DNA of 63,128 bases, the filler included, from Vezdaea acicularis (Eukaryota): the NCBI GenBank assembly GCA_026025075.1. It is 5 parts of 5 records of this genome, joined end to end, with 100 filler letters (N's around TTAATTAATTAA, not from the genome) between each part and the next. Parts side by side here need not be neighbours in the genome. Positions count along the whole stretch, not along the records: positions 39,117 to 51,904 come from JAPEUI010000242.1; positions 52,005 to 63,128 come from JAPEUI010000253.1; 3 more parts are not named here. The stretch is one strand, 5' to 3'. This document shows, piece by piece, positions 49,963 through 62,111 of this stretch. The position numbers were made by a program, and so were the translations under genes. Within the stretch, counting starts at the first letter, position 1. Every line of letters starts with the position of its first letter. The notes under the pieces are model-generated. The model ran no database searches. It was not told the DNA's origin and saw only the letters and a list, made by a program, of their open reading frames with translations.

Positions 49963-51584
49963 GTTTGACTCTTGCATAGTTTTTGACATCTCGTCAAATG
50001 AACCAATCATCTTTAGGAAAAGATGATCATAACGAAATTGGAGAAAATCCGTCAGGACTGCGACGCACCGAAAGAATAGTATTAGAAATATCCTACGATC
50101 AGGAAGACTCCCTCTGTTGTGGATATCCATTCCGAACAGGATTTCCATCCTGTTTGTGATTGAACCAAGTGATTGAAAGAAACGGTGAGCGAACCCCCCC
50201 AAAGGCAAGACGGGAAGGCAGCTATAACGTGGATCAAAGGACGGAGTCATATCCATGGCACGAACCAGTTGCTCCGTCCGGAAGGAAATTGGACATTCCA
50301 GCTTGTGAGGGCGTGATCGGCCGGAAGGAAGGCGCCAAAAAGTTATGACAGTTAGAAGGCTGTTCATGCTTGCCCAGTGACAACTCTGGCATTCTTTGGG
50401 AGGCGGATCCTCAGCAAATTCTTATCCGACAAGATTCCACACCGATACTCAGCTCAGCCCTGCTCTAGAGGTGATTAAAGACGTTGAGGGCAACGATAAA
50501 GATCCGGTTCGGTCTGGCAACTGTCAAAACCACTGCTTCATTGTAGAATCGATTCGGAAGGAATACTTACCTGATAATCGGTGCGTCCCACCATGGCAGG
50601 GTTATTTGATGCCGGTAGATGTTTATTCGATCGATGTGAGTGGAGGTGGACGGCGATGCGTCTGAGCAGGGTAATCGAAGTGATGCAAAGATTCGTGTAG
50701 ACATCGCTAAGCTGAAGGCAATGCTTTCTGAAAGCCTTCTTCAACATCAAGATAATGCGAAAACGACCACGACGTCGACGCGGTCTGGTATTCAACTTTG
50801 GCAGAGGCGCCTAAGCCCTCGCGGTTTGTCTCCTGGCTTTTGAAGAATGTGAACTTTGTGGACTATGTGAAGCATGTGAAGTATGAGTGGAGCATATCTT
50901 CTCTCACATTGTCACCTCTCTAACAGCCGCTGTATCACATCGCGGTAGGCATTGGAGAACGGCAGCAAGTAACATGTTCTTAGTATTCACTAAAAACGAT
51001 GGTTGTACGCCATCTGTCATCTCATACCTCTAACGAAACGACGACCCGACGCCCGGACCAAACGACAAGCTCTATTGAGAGGAAAAATCCCCTGCGTGAA
51101 GCTGTTTTATGTTTTCATTCAATCTCTTTCCGCTGCTTTGTATCTTCGGTGTTGTGTGATCTTTCCAATACGCTTGAGCTGTCCCGACAAGGCTCGGTTG
51201 ATGATCTTGAAAGCTATTTCACAGTGAGTAGAAGACATAAACATCGCCATGGATGAAGTTCCGCACTGGACAACGGCCCATATTTCCAGGACCATGACTT
51301 GACGGACTACGGATGGGTCTAAGGTTTTCATTAGGATAAAGATAGCTCCCAGCGAATGGAGTTAGGCTTACCTAGCGTTGGTTTACATCTAGCGTTGGTT
51401 TTTCCATCATGGAACTTGCATCGCGAACCTCTTTCATTCAAATGTTGGCAAAGATTTGATGCGTTTCGCACCTGTTTTGAACCGGACTTTCTTAGTTGTC
51501 TTCTCGAGTTGATTCGATCATATATCTCACGAGTACTTCAGTTGCGATGCAAAAGCACCAAGCCGCACTCCATCTATTTGGATC

Positions 51585-51904
51585 ATGGCACTCCCGGAGC
51601 TTGATCCAGTTGACCGGCTTTTTGAAAACAATCATGCTAACTTATCACCAAAGCTAAAGATCATCGAAGGGGTCCCGAGACCCAATATCACCAACAAAGC
51701 TGCCGAAGATGTGATGCTACGGGTGCAACGCAAGGAATGGGTTCATGGCACCCCACCACCCCCCGATCTGGAATGGATCCAGATCATCAAGCCGGGAGAA
51801 GCCTACACGGTTGAAGTACGTGCGTCAGGAATCGATGGCGATCAGGAGACCGAAGCTCTGCGAGCTGCAAAACTGGTCGTGCTAGATCGCAGAACTCTTC
51901 CAGA
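51585..51904 (+). CDS. Hypothetical protein, 3'-truncated by the spacer
   Basis: ATG-initiated open frame with protein-like composition running into the spacer. Confidence 0.5.
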
Positions 51905-52004
51905 NNNNNNNNNNNNNNNNNNNNNNNNNNNNNNNNNNNNNNNNNNNNTTAATTAATTAANNNNNNNNNNNNNNNNNNNNNNNNNNNNNNNNNNNNNNNN
52001 NNNN
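51905..52004. other. Artificial contig spacer
   Basis: Identical linker. Confidence 0.98.
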
Positions 52005-55000
52005 TCTGGCGCGGCCAGCCAGACCCGCCTGGGCTTGCGCGCGCGCCCTACGGCCAGCCCACACATGGGCGACGCCGTCGCCGCGACCGAGACCCGCAGA
52101 GACAGTGGTGAACCCCCACCGACCAGTCCTTTCGGCGGCGGGCAGCGCAGCGGATCGTCGGTGTCAAATGAAACGGCGTGGCACGCCTCCGGCCGTCGCT
52201 GGCAGGAGAGCCCCGTTGTTTCGTCTCGGTTTGACTGGCCCTTGGCAGAAGGAGGATGGCGAGGGAAGGGCGTTGCTGCCTGATGCCGTTATGATCGTTT
52301 GGTTCGCTGCGCAAAGGAGAGAGAGAAGGCGAAAGGCAAAAATGGTCATGATTCATTGAGTGCTGGCTTTACCCGTCGCGAATCGCATGTCGCCGAGCGG
52401 AGAATAGCGGTGGTTCACCGCCCCGCGCAAACGCGCCCGCCACGGCCGTTGCAACGTATGCGCCTCCATTCGCAAAGCGCAAAGGAAAGCCAGGCATGAG
52501 CAAAGGAGAAGCCATAAAGCAACGTCTCGAAGCGACCAACAGAGGGCCGGAGCGGCGGTCGGTCGATCCCGCCGTATCTCGCGATGGTGGGGTGTAATGA
52601 AGCGATCTGAGGTGCCCGATTAGGTTGTATTCTGTCGACGTCGAGAAAAGGTTAAAAGGCGGTGTGGTGACCGCTACTTTCTCGTCCGGCGGGCCTTTTT
52701 CTGAATGGATCGAGTAAGAATGCGGTCGCGACGTAGGTTTGGCGTGGAGGCTCGGAATGGACTGTTAGACCGACGTGGGCTGATGCGGCCGGGGTCGGCG
52801 GGGAGTCGGGATGTTGCGGGATTGCGCGGGGCCGCGGGAGTCGTAGAAGATCGTCGGCTTCGGAGACTGCTTGGAAGTGGGATGTGCAGATGGATGTACC
52901 ATGAACGAGAGTTGATGGACCTATGGCATGGGCCGGTTATGCGCATACGGAGCGTGTTGGGACGTTGGTCTTCCGCCTCCGGAGAAGGGACGAGAGGAGC
53001 TCAAATGTTTGCAAGATCCGCTTTACAGGCATGTGAACCTGGTACGAGGAATCAGATCTTATCGTTCAATATATCCATCTTATCCTTCGTGGTACAATCC
53101 TGCAACGGAAGAGTGACACGTTGAGTAGGCTGTCCTGACTCCGCTGTTTGGCCAGAGCGACGTCCGAACTCGGTCGTGCGTTGTATATCGACATCGTGGC
53201 ACTCTCTTCTGCCTCCAAGACTAACAGTAGCTATTGTGGGATCCCATATCCGGCAAAAGCTGCAAATCCCACTCTGACACAGCCAGCACGATTTGTGAAC
53301 CCAATTGTAAAGCACAGCGCAACAACAGCCCTTATAGGGTATTCCAGTCGCAAGGTCGTAAATGCTATGTCGGCGTCTGTCAGCAACAGAAACGAGGTTG
53401 CAATCCGGGAGATTCCTGGGGAAGCACAGGCCAGCGAGTCCGCCAGTGATCTGCAGCATGCCTGCCACAGGGCTGATAATCGGTTTTCTCCGACGCTGCC
53501 GAAGTAGTGCGTGGGACTTGCCCTCGAGCGTGAGGTGGGCGTGGGACTGTCAACTGAGGGTGTGCGGATGCTAGAACGTACAAGAAAGCTAGTGGAGATA
53601 ATAGATCAAAATTTGTGAGACCTGTTCGAGATTTCTGAAGAGCGTGGGGAGTGATGAACTTCATTCGGCGTGGGTGGTGGGGGTTAGTCCCGAAAAAATT
53701 GGGTTGACTAGAGAAAAGAAAAAGGGCGGTTGCCCTCAACAGGACGCGATAGGGTAGAAACAAATTCTAAAGCGATGGAGTAAAAATGATTTGAAAAAAG
53801 ACTCCTCGATATCTGGCTTGATTGCAAAATTTGCGAGCGCTGATAGAAATGACAGCACCATGATTGGATAGCTGCGTGCTGACGATTGCACTGGAGATAG
53901 AGACAAATCGACGGTGCTTGAATACCACGACGGTCATACTTCTCGTGACCGCTTGCTCTTTCAAGAAGCCGTAGCTTGTGGAATGATTGTGACTCGCAGT
54001 GTATTGAGGTGCTAGTATCCCTGCTTCTGAGTTCATACTCTACAATCCGCTCCTTTGCCGTTGTGCTGTACTTCTCCGCATATCCACCGCTTGAGACACA
54101 ATGTATATCGGCAATCATGCCAACACCAAAGTCGAGGTGCACAACCAAATGGCCTTTGCAAGGCTCACACTATTCTTTCAAAAGAGATTCCTCTTCGAGG
54201 CGTGTTTCTGGAATCCACAGAACACGAAATGGGCAAAATACGAGAAAAGGAGCCGGATGGTGCCGTAGACGCATTGGAGAAACATGCCCAGACAGAATCT
54301 CCAAGAAATGCATACGCGATATTCTTAGACTGCATTTGCAGTGTCTTAGGTATCAGTAGGTTGCCCTCCGTAGGTATCGGCATGAAAAGGGGGAAGAGGT
54401 ATAGTCGGGCTTGTGGTAGTTCTAGCCTGTAGGCAATGAAGAGTTACATTTCTCGTCAAGTTCAGTGTTACGACAACTAGCCAGAATATGAGTAGATGAG
54501 CATGGGCAAGGCCTTCTGCTGATTCAAACTTTCCAAGTGGACCTTCAACTAAAGGCAAGTGGGTTCTCACGAGGATATCATAACAGTTAGATTGTAATCA
54601 CACATCATCACGCGACAAGGTTTGAGTGTTTTCACGATCACAGACAGAGGCAGAGAGGCAAAGTTAGAGCCACGACTATCTCGTGAAAGTGTTCACTACT
54701 TTATCGTACAAGTATCAAACTTCCCTTACATGATACTGACATCTCAATACTGGGGGTGAAGAACAGTAGCAGGTCGCGTTTTGCCAGTGCATCCTCATTA
54801 CATGCTGCTCGTCCCGATGTTCTTGAATCTTCACAAGGTCATGAGGGTAAGATAGGCAAGTCGAAGGGATAGATCAAGCGAGTACAAATCCTTCGGCTGG
54901 GATGATGCCTTATCATGTGGCAGTGATAACCAGCCTTGTGACCCCGCCTCGTATTGCTTTCAGCCCTACCGCCATTCCCCGCAACCACGTGACGCCATAG

Positions 55001-55045
55001 AATACCTGTTAAGATGATTGAGTTCATGGAGTCGTAAAAATAACT

Positions 55046-56899
55046 TTAGCTAGGATCTGCCGGTTGAGCTGGAGTAGGTGCTGGTGAGGAAGTTGTAGAT
55101 GCGGGTTTCTGGCTGCTGCCTCCGAGCCCTCCACCTCTCTTCCCACTGCCTTTGCCACGGCCTCGACTGCCTCTATCAGCATTGCTGCCTCCCCGGCCGC
55201 CTCGACCAGCACCTCCTCTCATGCCGCCAATAGGTACAGTTCGAAGAGAGTGGCCCTTCTTGTCTAGCCTTTCCAGAACCTGAACCTGTCCCTGGGCGAC
55301 TTTGACAGGGCTCGCCTTGATCGCCGCGAGGAGCGCGTCTCGTGAACCGAAATCAACATATGCAAAACCTTTCTTCTTGTCGATCTCGACCTTGTTAACT
55401 TGACCATATACCTCCAAGGCCTCTTGAATGAGCAACTCGGTAATACCTTGGGAGGGATTGGCGTGTTTAAGGAACGCTTGATTTGGTGCCGGAAGTGGCT
55501 TGGTATCATGGTTGACTGTCAGATTGACGATGGTTTCCTTGTCGACACCAGGCGGAGCTTCTAGCTGTGTTCTTTTTAGGGGCCTCGTGAATTTGGATGC
55601 TGACGGTCCCGTCGGAGTGGCAAGTGGTGAATTCTTAAGAATGATTGGTGGCCCCCCCGCAAGCGTTGATGAGGCAAGAACAGTCTCAAGCGATTTGGGA
55701 TCGGTGTTAGAGCTCTTGCTCGAGCCTTTGTCCTCTGCTGACAAGGATTTTTCGGACTGTGCGGATGGCTCCTTTGTAGCTAGAGACGCAGATTGTCGTA
55801 ACGGACTTGACGATGGAGAGCCAGATTCAACCTTTTTGCCAACACCTCGAGATCTCCTTCCTCCGGGTCCAGGCACTATTCCCAAATCTCTCTGTAGTAT
55901 CATGGCAGCCGCACTTGCGTTCCCCCGTTCTCGCCTTCGACCGGCTGCAGGCCCAGTCGGAGGCTTTGGGGATGAAGGTGTCTCGTTCTTGGGAGAGGCA
56001 GCCTCTGCCGCAGCCTTTTCCCCTCGACTCGTACGCGCCTCTCGATTCAATATCTTAACCGCATCTTTCGCGGCCCTCTCTATCTTCGAGTCTGCTTTGG
56101 TTCTTTTCGCCTCTGGCGACCCTCTACCGCTGCCACTGCTACCCGAACTCTTGTGATTCGGCTTCTCTCCGCTTTTATCACTCTTAGTAGAGTCCGTTCG
56201 AGCGTGTCGTGCCCGCCCACTAGGACCTAGAGCGCCCTTTGAGGCCTTCTTATCCTTAATATACTGTACAAGTGGCGTTGTGGTGACCTTCTCTTTCTTC
56301 GGTGTGGCTTCGCTGTCTGCGCCTGACTTGGTTGCAATGGGGTCTGTGAGACTCAGCAGAAAGCCTATAAACTCAGGATCCTGGTCGATCATTCCCTGTC
56401 GGGCATCTGTTCGGTTCTTTCCGTTCGAAATTCGCCCAAAAGGAGCAAACTCGATGGAAGGAGGACCCGATATAGAGGCATTGCGCCAAGTTTCGGCAGC
56501 ATCGTGAAATGAGGTGGAGCGAACTTTCTCAGATAAGCTGGGTAAGAAACTAGAATCCTTGAGGTGAAGGTATGCTCTTGATGGTCGAGAGAGCTTTGCT
56601 GGACTATCATAGACTTCAGTATAATGAAGAGAAAGCTGGTGATTTCAAGCTACGTACTCTGTAGACACCTTTCCAGGTCTGTACATCATCCAGTCCACCT
56701 GCCCCAGCCCTAGCGTCCAGTCGGGCCCAAGGGCATCCTCGAATTCAGATCTCGTCAGTCCCGGCGGTAGCTTTCTTATGACGATCTTAAGTCGTGGTTG
56801 TGTAGCTTTGGTTGCTGAGGGTTTCGTGGCTGAGACTGAAATTGGTAAAATTCCGTTGGCTCCATCTTTCTTTGCAATGGTAAACTGCGGAGCTGCCAT
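55046..56899 (-). CDS. UPF3: Nonsense-mediated decay factor Upf3 (Smg4/UPF3 domain plus C-terminal RRM-like/RGG region)
   Basis: RLKIVIRKLPPGLT..EF, then after one intron SRPSRAYL..PPSIEFAPF..DARQGMIDQDPEF; C-terminal AFLKHANPSQG..KKGFAYVDF. Confidence 0.9.
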
Positions 56900-57438
56900 A
56901 GCTTCCCCTTGGCAATCCTTTATTTAGGAAAGCGAGTCAATGGATTAGATGGGATGTAGCCATGGAGCAGGGAAGTCGGCATCGGACACGGTCAAATATC
57001 CGTGAGGCGCGCAGACATGCTCATGTCGCGCATGTGCCTGCCACAAGTCCCCCCACCCCCGGAAACGAGCCGAAGAAGGGAAAGCGCCGCGGCACCCGAG
57101 GAGCCGCGCAGTGGTGATGCTTGCCTCCACGCGACAGCTACCGGGCCATGCTCAGCACCTGTACATCGGATCTGCACCTCGCCCACTCCTGTTGTATACG
57201 GGGGTCTCTGGAAGACCTCAATTGTATGTTTCGACAAGCTAGGTTCCTCATATCGATCATCGCCGACTCCACGGTGAACAATATCCTATCCTAGCCACCG
57301 TATTTGGTTGGCTTGTCTTTCGTTAAAGCCCACCTCAGACCTGTGCGCCACATGCTTCATAAGCATACTTCTTGAGCATACTACTAAAGCGAACGTCAAT
57401 CTTCGTTTTATAATCCTCTTATAGCTCATACCGAAATC

Positions 57439-59077
57439 ATGCCGGGAGCAAACCCTGTCCCTCAGCCTGGGCCGGCAAGATTGTCGAAAGGAGCCGGTCC
57501 CGATGAATGGTTGGACCAGGCAAAGCAATGCAAGTACCTACCGGAGGCTGTAATGAAGAGGCTATGCGAAATAGTGAAGGAATTCTTAATGGAAGGTGAG
57601 CTATGTATGTTTTTTGGACTGGTTAATGCAAGGGCCGACGATACTGGCGCATGCTCGAAGCTATGGGTGCTACGACCACAAGAAGGTGTGGGGAAGCTGA
57701 CGGGCCTTGGGGCCTTTCGCAATATGCATTGGAAATTGCAGCTTTGAACTGCATTTCAATTGCAATGGTGAAAACAATCGCCGCGGCAACCATAGAATTG
57801 GCTATAGCCCTAAGATTAGTCTTTGTGGTGACTACGCAAACAGATATTGAAATAGTACTTGGATCGTATCAAGGATAAAACTGGCTAACTAATTCTTCTT
57901 ACTATAGAGTCCAATATCCAGCCTGTTCAGTCTCCTGTCACGGTATGCGGCGATATACACGGCCAATTCTACGATCTGTTGGAGCTCTTCCGCGTAGCTG
58001 GGGGAATGCCTAATGATACTAATGTTGAAGAACCGACGGTCCCGACCACAGTAATCACATCTGATGATATCGAACCACCTACAGAAATCACCAACCCTAA
58101 GCTGAGGAGAAAGTTCATCAACAATGATGGGACTAATCAAAGCAGTGATGCACTGAGCGATGATGAGGAGGAAGAAGAACGGGGGCGGCCTCGATCGCAA
58201 GGTCCAGCACGGAGTTCAACAAGCACTGGATCGGGCAACAGGACGAACGAACGTGTCGTAGGAAGTCAGAATTACGTGTTCCTCGGTGATTTTGTGGACA
58301 GGGGATATTTCAGTTTGGAGACATTCACGCTACTGATGTGCTTGAAGGCGAAGTAAGATTCCTTTTGGAAAGGAATGGAAAAACCATCCGCTGACATGTG
58401 TGAAGGTATCCAGATCGGATCACGCTAGTCAGAGGGAATCATGAATCTCGCCAAATCACTCAGGTCTATGGGTTTTACGAGGAGTGTCAGCAAAAATATG
58501 GCAATGCCTCCGTCTGGAAATCCTGCTGTCAGGTCTTTGATTTTCTAGCTCTTGCGGCTGTTGTCGATGGTAAGGTTTTGTGTGTGCATGGCGGTTTAAG
58601 TCCAGAGATCCGAACGCTGGACCAAATACGAGTCGTCGCGAGAGCCCAGGAGATCCCCCATGAGGGTGCTTTCTGCGATCTGGTGTGGAGTGACCCAGAG
58701 GATGTGGATACATGGGCAGTCTCTCCTCGGGGGGCAGGATGGCTATTCGGGCACAAAGTCGCATCGGAATTCAATCATGTCAACGGTCTTCAACTCATAG
58801 CGAGGGCGCATCAGCTTGTCAACGAAGGCTACAAGGTACGCGTCACTCATTATGCACCCCTGATTATCTACTAACTCTTGTGAAGTATCACTTCCAAGAC
58901 AAGGACGTAGTCACGGTCTGGTCGGCTCCAAACTACTGCTACCGCTGCGGAAACGTGGCCTCGATCATGAATCTGCGAGAAGACCTAGATCCCAAGTTCA
59001 CCATCTTCGCAGCGGTTCCCGACGACCAGCGGGCCGTACCTGCTGGGAGAGGCGGCCGCAGCGAATACTTCTTATGA
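57439..59077 (+). CDS. SIT4: Ser/Thr protein phosphatase PP6/Sit4 catalytic subunit
   Basis: GPDEWL N-terminus, [29 protein letters not shown] and C-terminal YFL; three introns. Confidence 0.93.
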
Positions 59078-59964
59078 GCGATGTCCTAACGATGATTTTT
59101 CTCCATTCCTGTAGGGCTGGTTGAATATTTCGCATGATTCGAGGCGTGATGATATTCCCTCTTGTGTATATGACGTGGCATGACAGGGCGCAGGAAACGA
59201 TGGCTTCACACGTGTACTTATAGTAGAGATTCCCGGTAGAAGAAGAAGAAGGCATTCAAGGCATTCAAATCCCTAGCTGCAAGTGGTCTACGAAGCTTAT
59301 ATTGCAGTAGGGGGTGTATGTGGTCCAGCTAGCACGCATATTATGGACATGCGCACGTCTATAATAGGTAAATTGCAGGTTGCTTGATATAATATTATTA
59401 ATGGCCCAAAATTTTAGCTGTAATGGTTATAAGTCAGGCACGATGCCAATCCCATAACCGAATCTCTCTTCCTCGCTTTCTGCTTGGACGAAGCGATCGG
59501 TGCCCGGGTCGAACGCCGCGGAAGTATTCCCACTCGAGCGAGCAATCCTCGACGCTGCGCGAATCTCTCAGCATTGGAGTTGATTCTTGAGGGAAGCGAT
59601 TCTGCAGAGACATCTCCGCCGTGGTGTGGCGAGCCCGGATTACACCGTCCTTCGTGGGGTCAGGAGGTGGGAAGGTGTTGTCACTGACATTGTTTTTTGG
59701 GGGGGCTTTTGGGATTGGGGTTCGAGTTGGGGGTGGGGGGGGAATGAAATTTTTGCGTCTGCTATTGAGGTTAACCCTCTTGTTCATATTTCCGAGCGTG
59801 AGAGGAATTTGAGTACGGTGAATCTCTCCTGAACTTAATGTGCGTTGAATGATGCTCGCGTTGAGTGCACCTGATTTCGCGATGTCTTCGCGTCACCCAT
59901 CAGGAAGCTACACCGCGCCCCACTACCGTCATGCAACCACAATACCAATTGGCCTTCACGCATA

Positions 59965-61878
59965 ATGCCAAACATGGGCTCAATAGAGGTCATCGACCTT
60001 GACACGCCCCCACAATTGACAACATCAAAACCCGTCCTGCGAAGATCTACAACCAAGTTCGCGAGCAAACTACTCTACTCCGATGACCCGGACATCGCAT
60101 TCGACCTCGAAGACACAGATCCGCTACCACGCAAGAAAAGGAGGCTCAGCTCGCCTGATTCACTGCCAGAGCTCTTTACGGGTAATGCGGAAGCGCTTGA
60201 GTATGACGATGTTGCAATGTCGTCGAGTCAGCCTACGAGGGGGCCGAGGTCAAGGGAGAAGGAGAAGGAGAACGGGTCAGGGAGGGGAAGCTCGAAGAGG
60301 GCAAGTCTTGGGTTGACTTCCAAAGAGATGGAGATGTTGGAGCCGATTTTCTTCTCGTCGTCGCCGGCGCCGCCGAGGAGGGAAACAGGCAGGCGGGCGA
60401 GAGAGGCGCCGAAGCCTGATGAAGATAATGCACCTCACCTGGCTGGTAATTTGGCTCTCTGCGCAGTAGAGCAGTTTGAGCGGAGAAAATCTAACGGACG
60501 TTCAAATACAGCTGCAGCTGCGGATGTATTACTCACAGAGATCGACGTAAACGATCCAGCACGGATGGCAGATCGTTCGCCGACGTCGAACTATGCCCAT
60601 GCTAGAGGTTCATCGAGGCATAGAAGGCCTATCGGAACACTCCATTTACCACCAAGTCCGACCGAACAGAACGCTTTGTCGGACGAGGGAGACGGGAATG
60701 TTGAGACTGCGTGTCCGAAGAGAGGCAGAAAGCCTAAGGCATCAGCCGCTCAAAAGGAGGTCGAGCGCGCACAGAAGCAAAGTGCTAAAGAGACGGAGAA
60801 GGCTCGCAAAGCTGCCGCAAAAGAGGAGGAAAGAGCCCTCAAAGCAGCTGCGAAAGAGGAGCAAGCCCGGTCTAAGGCTCACGCCGCCGAGCTTGCTCAG
60901 GCAAATAAACAGAGATGGCATCACAAGATATCTGGCCCAGAGATGATCGTCGACATTCCTCCATCCATCGACTCTACCTCAGTAGGAACACAGCTCCGCA
61001 GCTCCCTCGAAGAGCTGGGGATTGAGGCACAGAGCTGGGACGACGGCGGGTTAACCGCTATCAAGTGGCGGAGAAAAGTCACCTTACAGTACAACGAAGA
61101 GCTGGCTCACTGGGAGCCACAACCCGAGCGAATCGCCGAGGAGAAGCATGTCCTCGTCGTTATGAAGGCAGAAGAACTCGTCAAACTGGCCTGCGCCGAG
61201 CCCCAAGAGACAGGTGTAGAGACCTTGGACCGCCACGTCTCAAGACTCAAGACCGCCCTTCCAAGCTGCATTCCCCTCTACCTAATCGAAGGCTATACCG
61301 CCTGGACGCGCAAGAACAAGTCCCTCAAAAACCGAGCCTACACCGCCGCCGTCCGCGCCGAAGCCGCCACCACCACCACCACCTCCTCACGTGCGCGCCG
61401 CAAACCCACCCCCAAGATAATCAACGAAGACCTCCTCGAAGACGCCCTCCTCCGCCTCCAAACCCACCACGCCTGCCTCATCCACCACACCACCAGCCCC
61501 ACCGACACCGCACGCTGGATCGCAACATTCACCCAGCACATCAGTACCATCCCCTATAAAACGCGCCGCACGCCCCTCTCCACCAGCTTCTGCATGGACG
61601 CCGGACAGGTCAAGACAGGCGCCGACGCCGACGACACGTACGTCCGCTTGCTGCAGGAGATCGTGCGTGTTACGCCTGTCGTCGCGTATGCTATTGCGGC
61701 GCAGTATCGCGATGTTGCGGAGCTCGTTGATGTTTTTCGTAGGAAGGGCCCAAGCGCGTTGGAGCGCTTGGAGAAGGGCGGGGGTGCTGTCGGTGGTGGT
61801 GGTAGGGTTGGCCCGGCGCTGAGTAAGCGCGTGTATAAGATTTTTATGGGCGAGGATCCGGGGAGTAATGATGTTTGA
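59965..61878 (+). CDS. EME1: Crossover-junction endonuclease subunit Eme1/Mms4 (ERCC4 domain)
   Basis: EMIVDIP, IKWRRKV, IPLYLIEG, EDALLRLQ, FTQHISTIPY, FCMDAGQVKTG and GPALSKRVYKIF. Confidence 0.9.
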   Translation: MPNMGSIEVIDLDTPPQLTTSKPVLRRSTTKFASKLLYSDDPDIAFDLEDTDPLPRKKRRLSSPDSLPELFTGNAEALEYDDVAMSSSQPTRGPRSREKEKENGSGRGSSKRASLGLTSKEMEMLEPIFFSSSPAPPRRETGRRAREAPKPDEDNAPHLAGNLALCAVEQFERRKSNGRSNTAAAADVLLTEIDVNDPARMADRSPTSNYAHARGSSRHRRPIGTLHLPPSPTEQNALSDEGDGNVETACPKRGRKPKASAAQKEVERAQKQSAKETEKARKAAAKEEERALKAAAKEEQARSKAHAAELAQANKQRWHHKISGPEMIVDIPPSIDSTSVGTQLRSSLEELGIEAQSWDDGGLTAIKWRRKVTLQYNEELAHWEPQPERIAEEKHVLVVMKAEELVKLACAEPQETGVETLDRHVSRLKTALPSCIPLYLIEGYTAWTRKNKSLKNRAYTAAVRAEAATTTTTSSRARRKPTPKIINEDLLEDALLRLQTHHACLIHHTTSPTDTARWIATFTQHISTIPYKTRRTPLSTSFCMDAGQVKTGADADDTYVRLLQEIVRVTPVVAYAIAAQYRDVAELVDVFRRKGPSALERLEKGGGAVGGGGRVGPALSKRVYKIFMGEDPGSNDV

Positions 61879-62111
61879 GAGGGGAGGGGTCTGGTTTGCG
61901 GCGTTTGGGACTGGGGAAAGGAGACTTTAGGAAGGTTGGGCGGAAGCGGCGGCGTCTGTTTCACGGACCAAGTCTATCGAGCTCGGAGTTCCCAAGTACG
62001 GTCAGAAAGAATCTTGGATATACAAAGAATCGAGATTGCCTGCATTGATCTAAACAATCTACATACACGCGCCCCAACTTTTTCAGGCCGTCCCACCACC
62101 AAGCCCCCCCT

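Larger units (their letters stand above)
39117..50710. repeat. Direct tandem duplication, period ~7.7 kb (39117-~43055 aligns to ~46793-~50710); possible mobile/accessory element
   Basis: Co-linear similarity in the coding, upstream, minisatellite and distal blocks, e.g. 42560-43050 vs 50220-50710. Confidence 0.9.
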
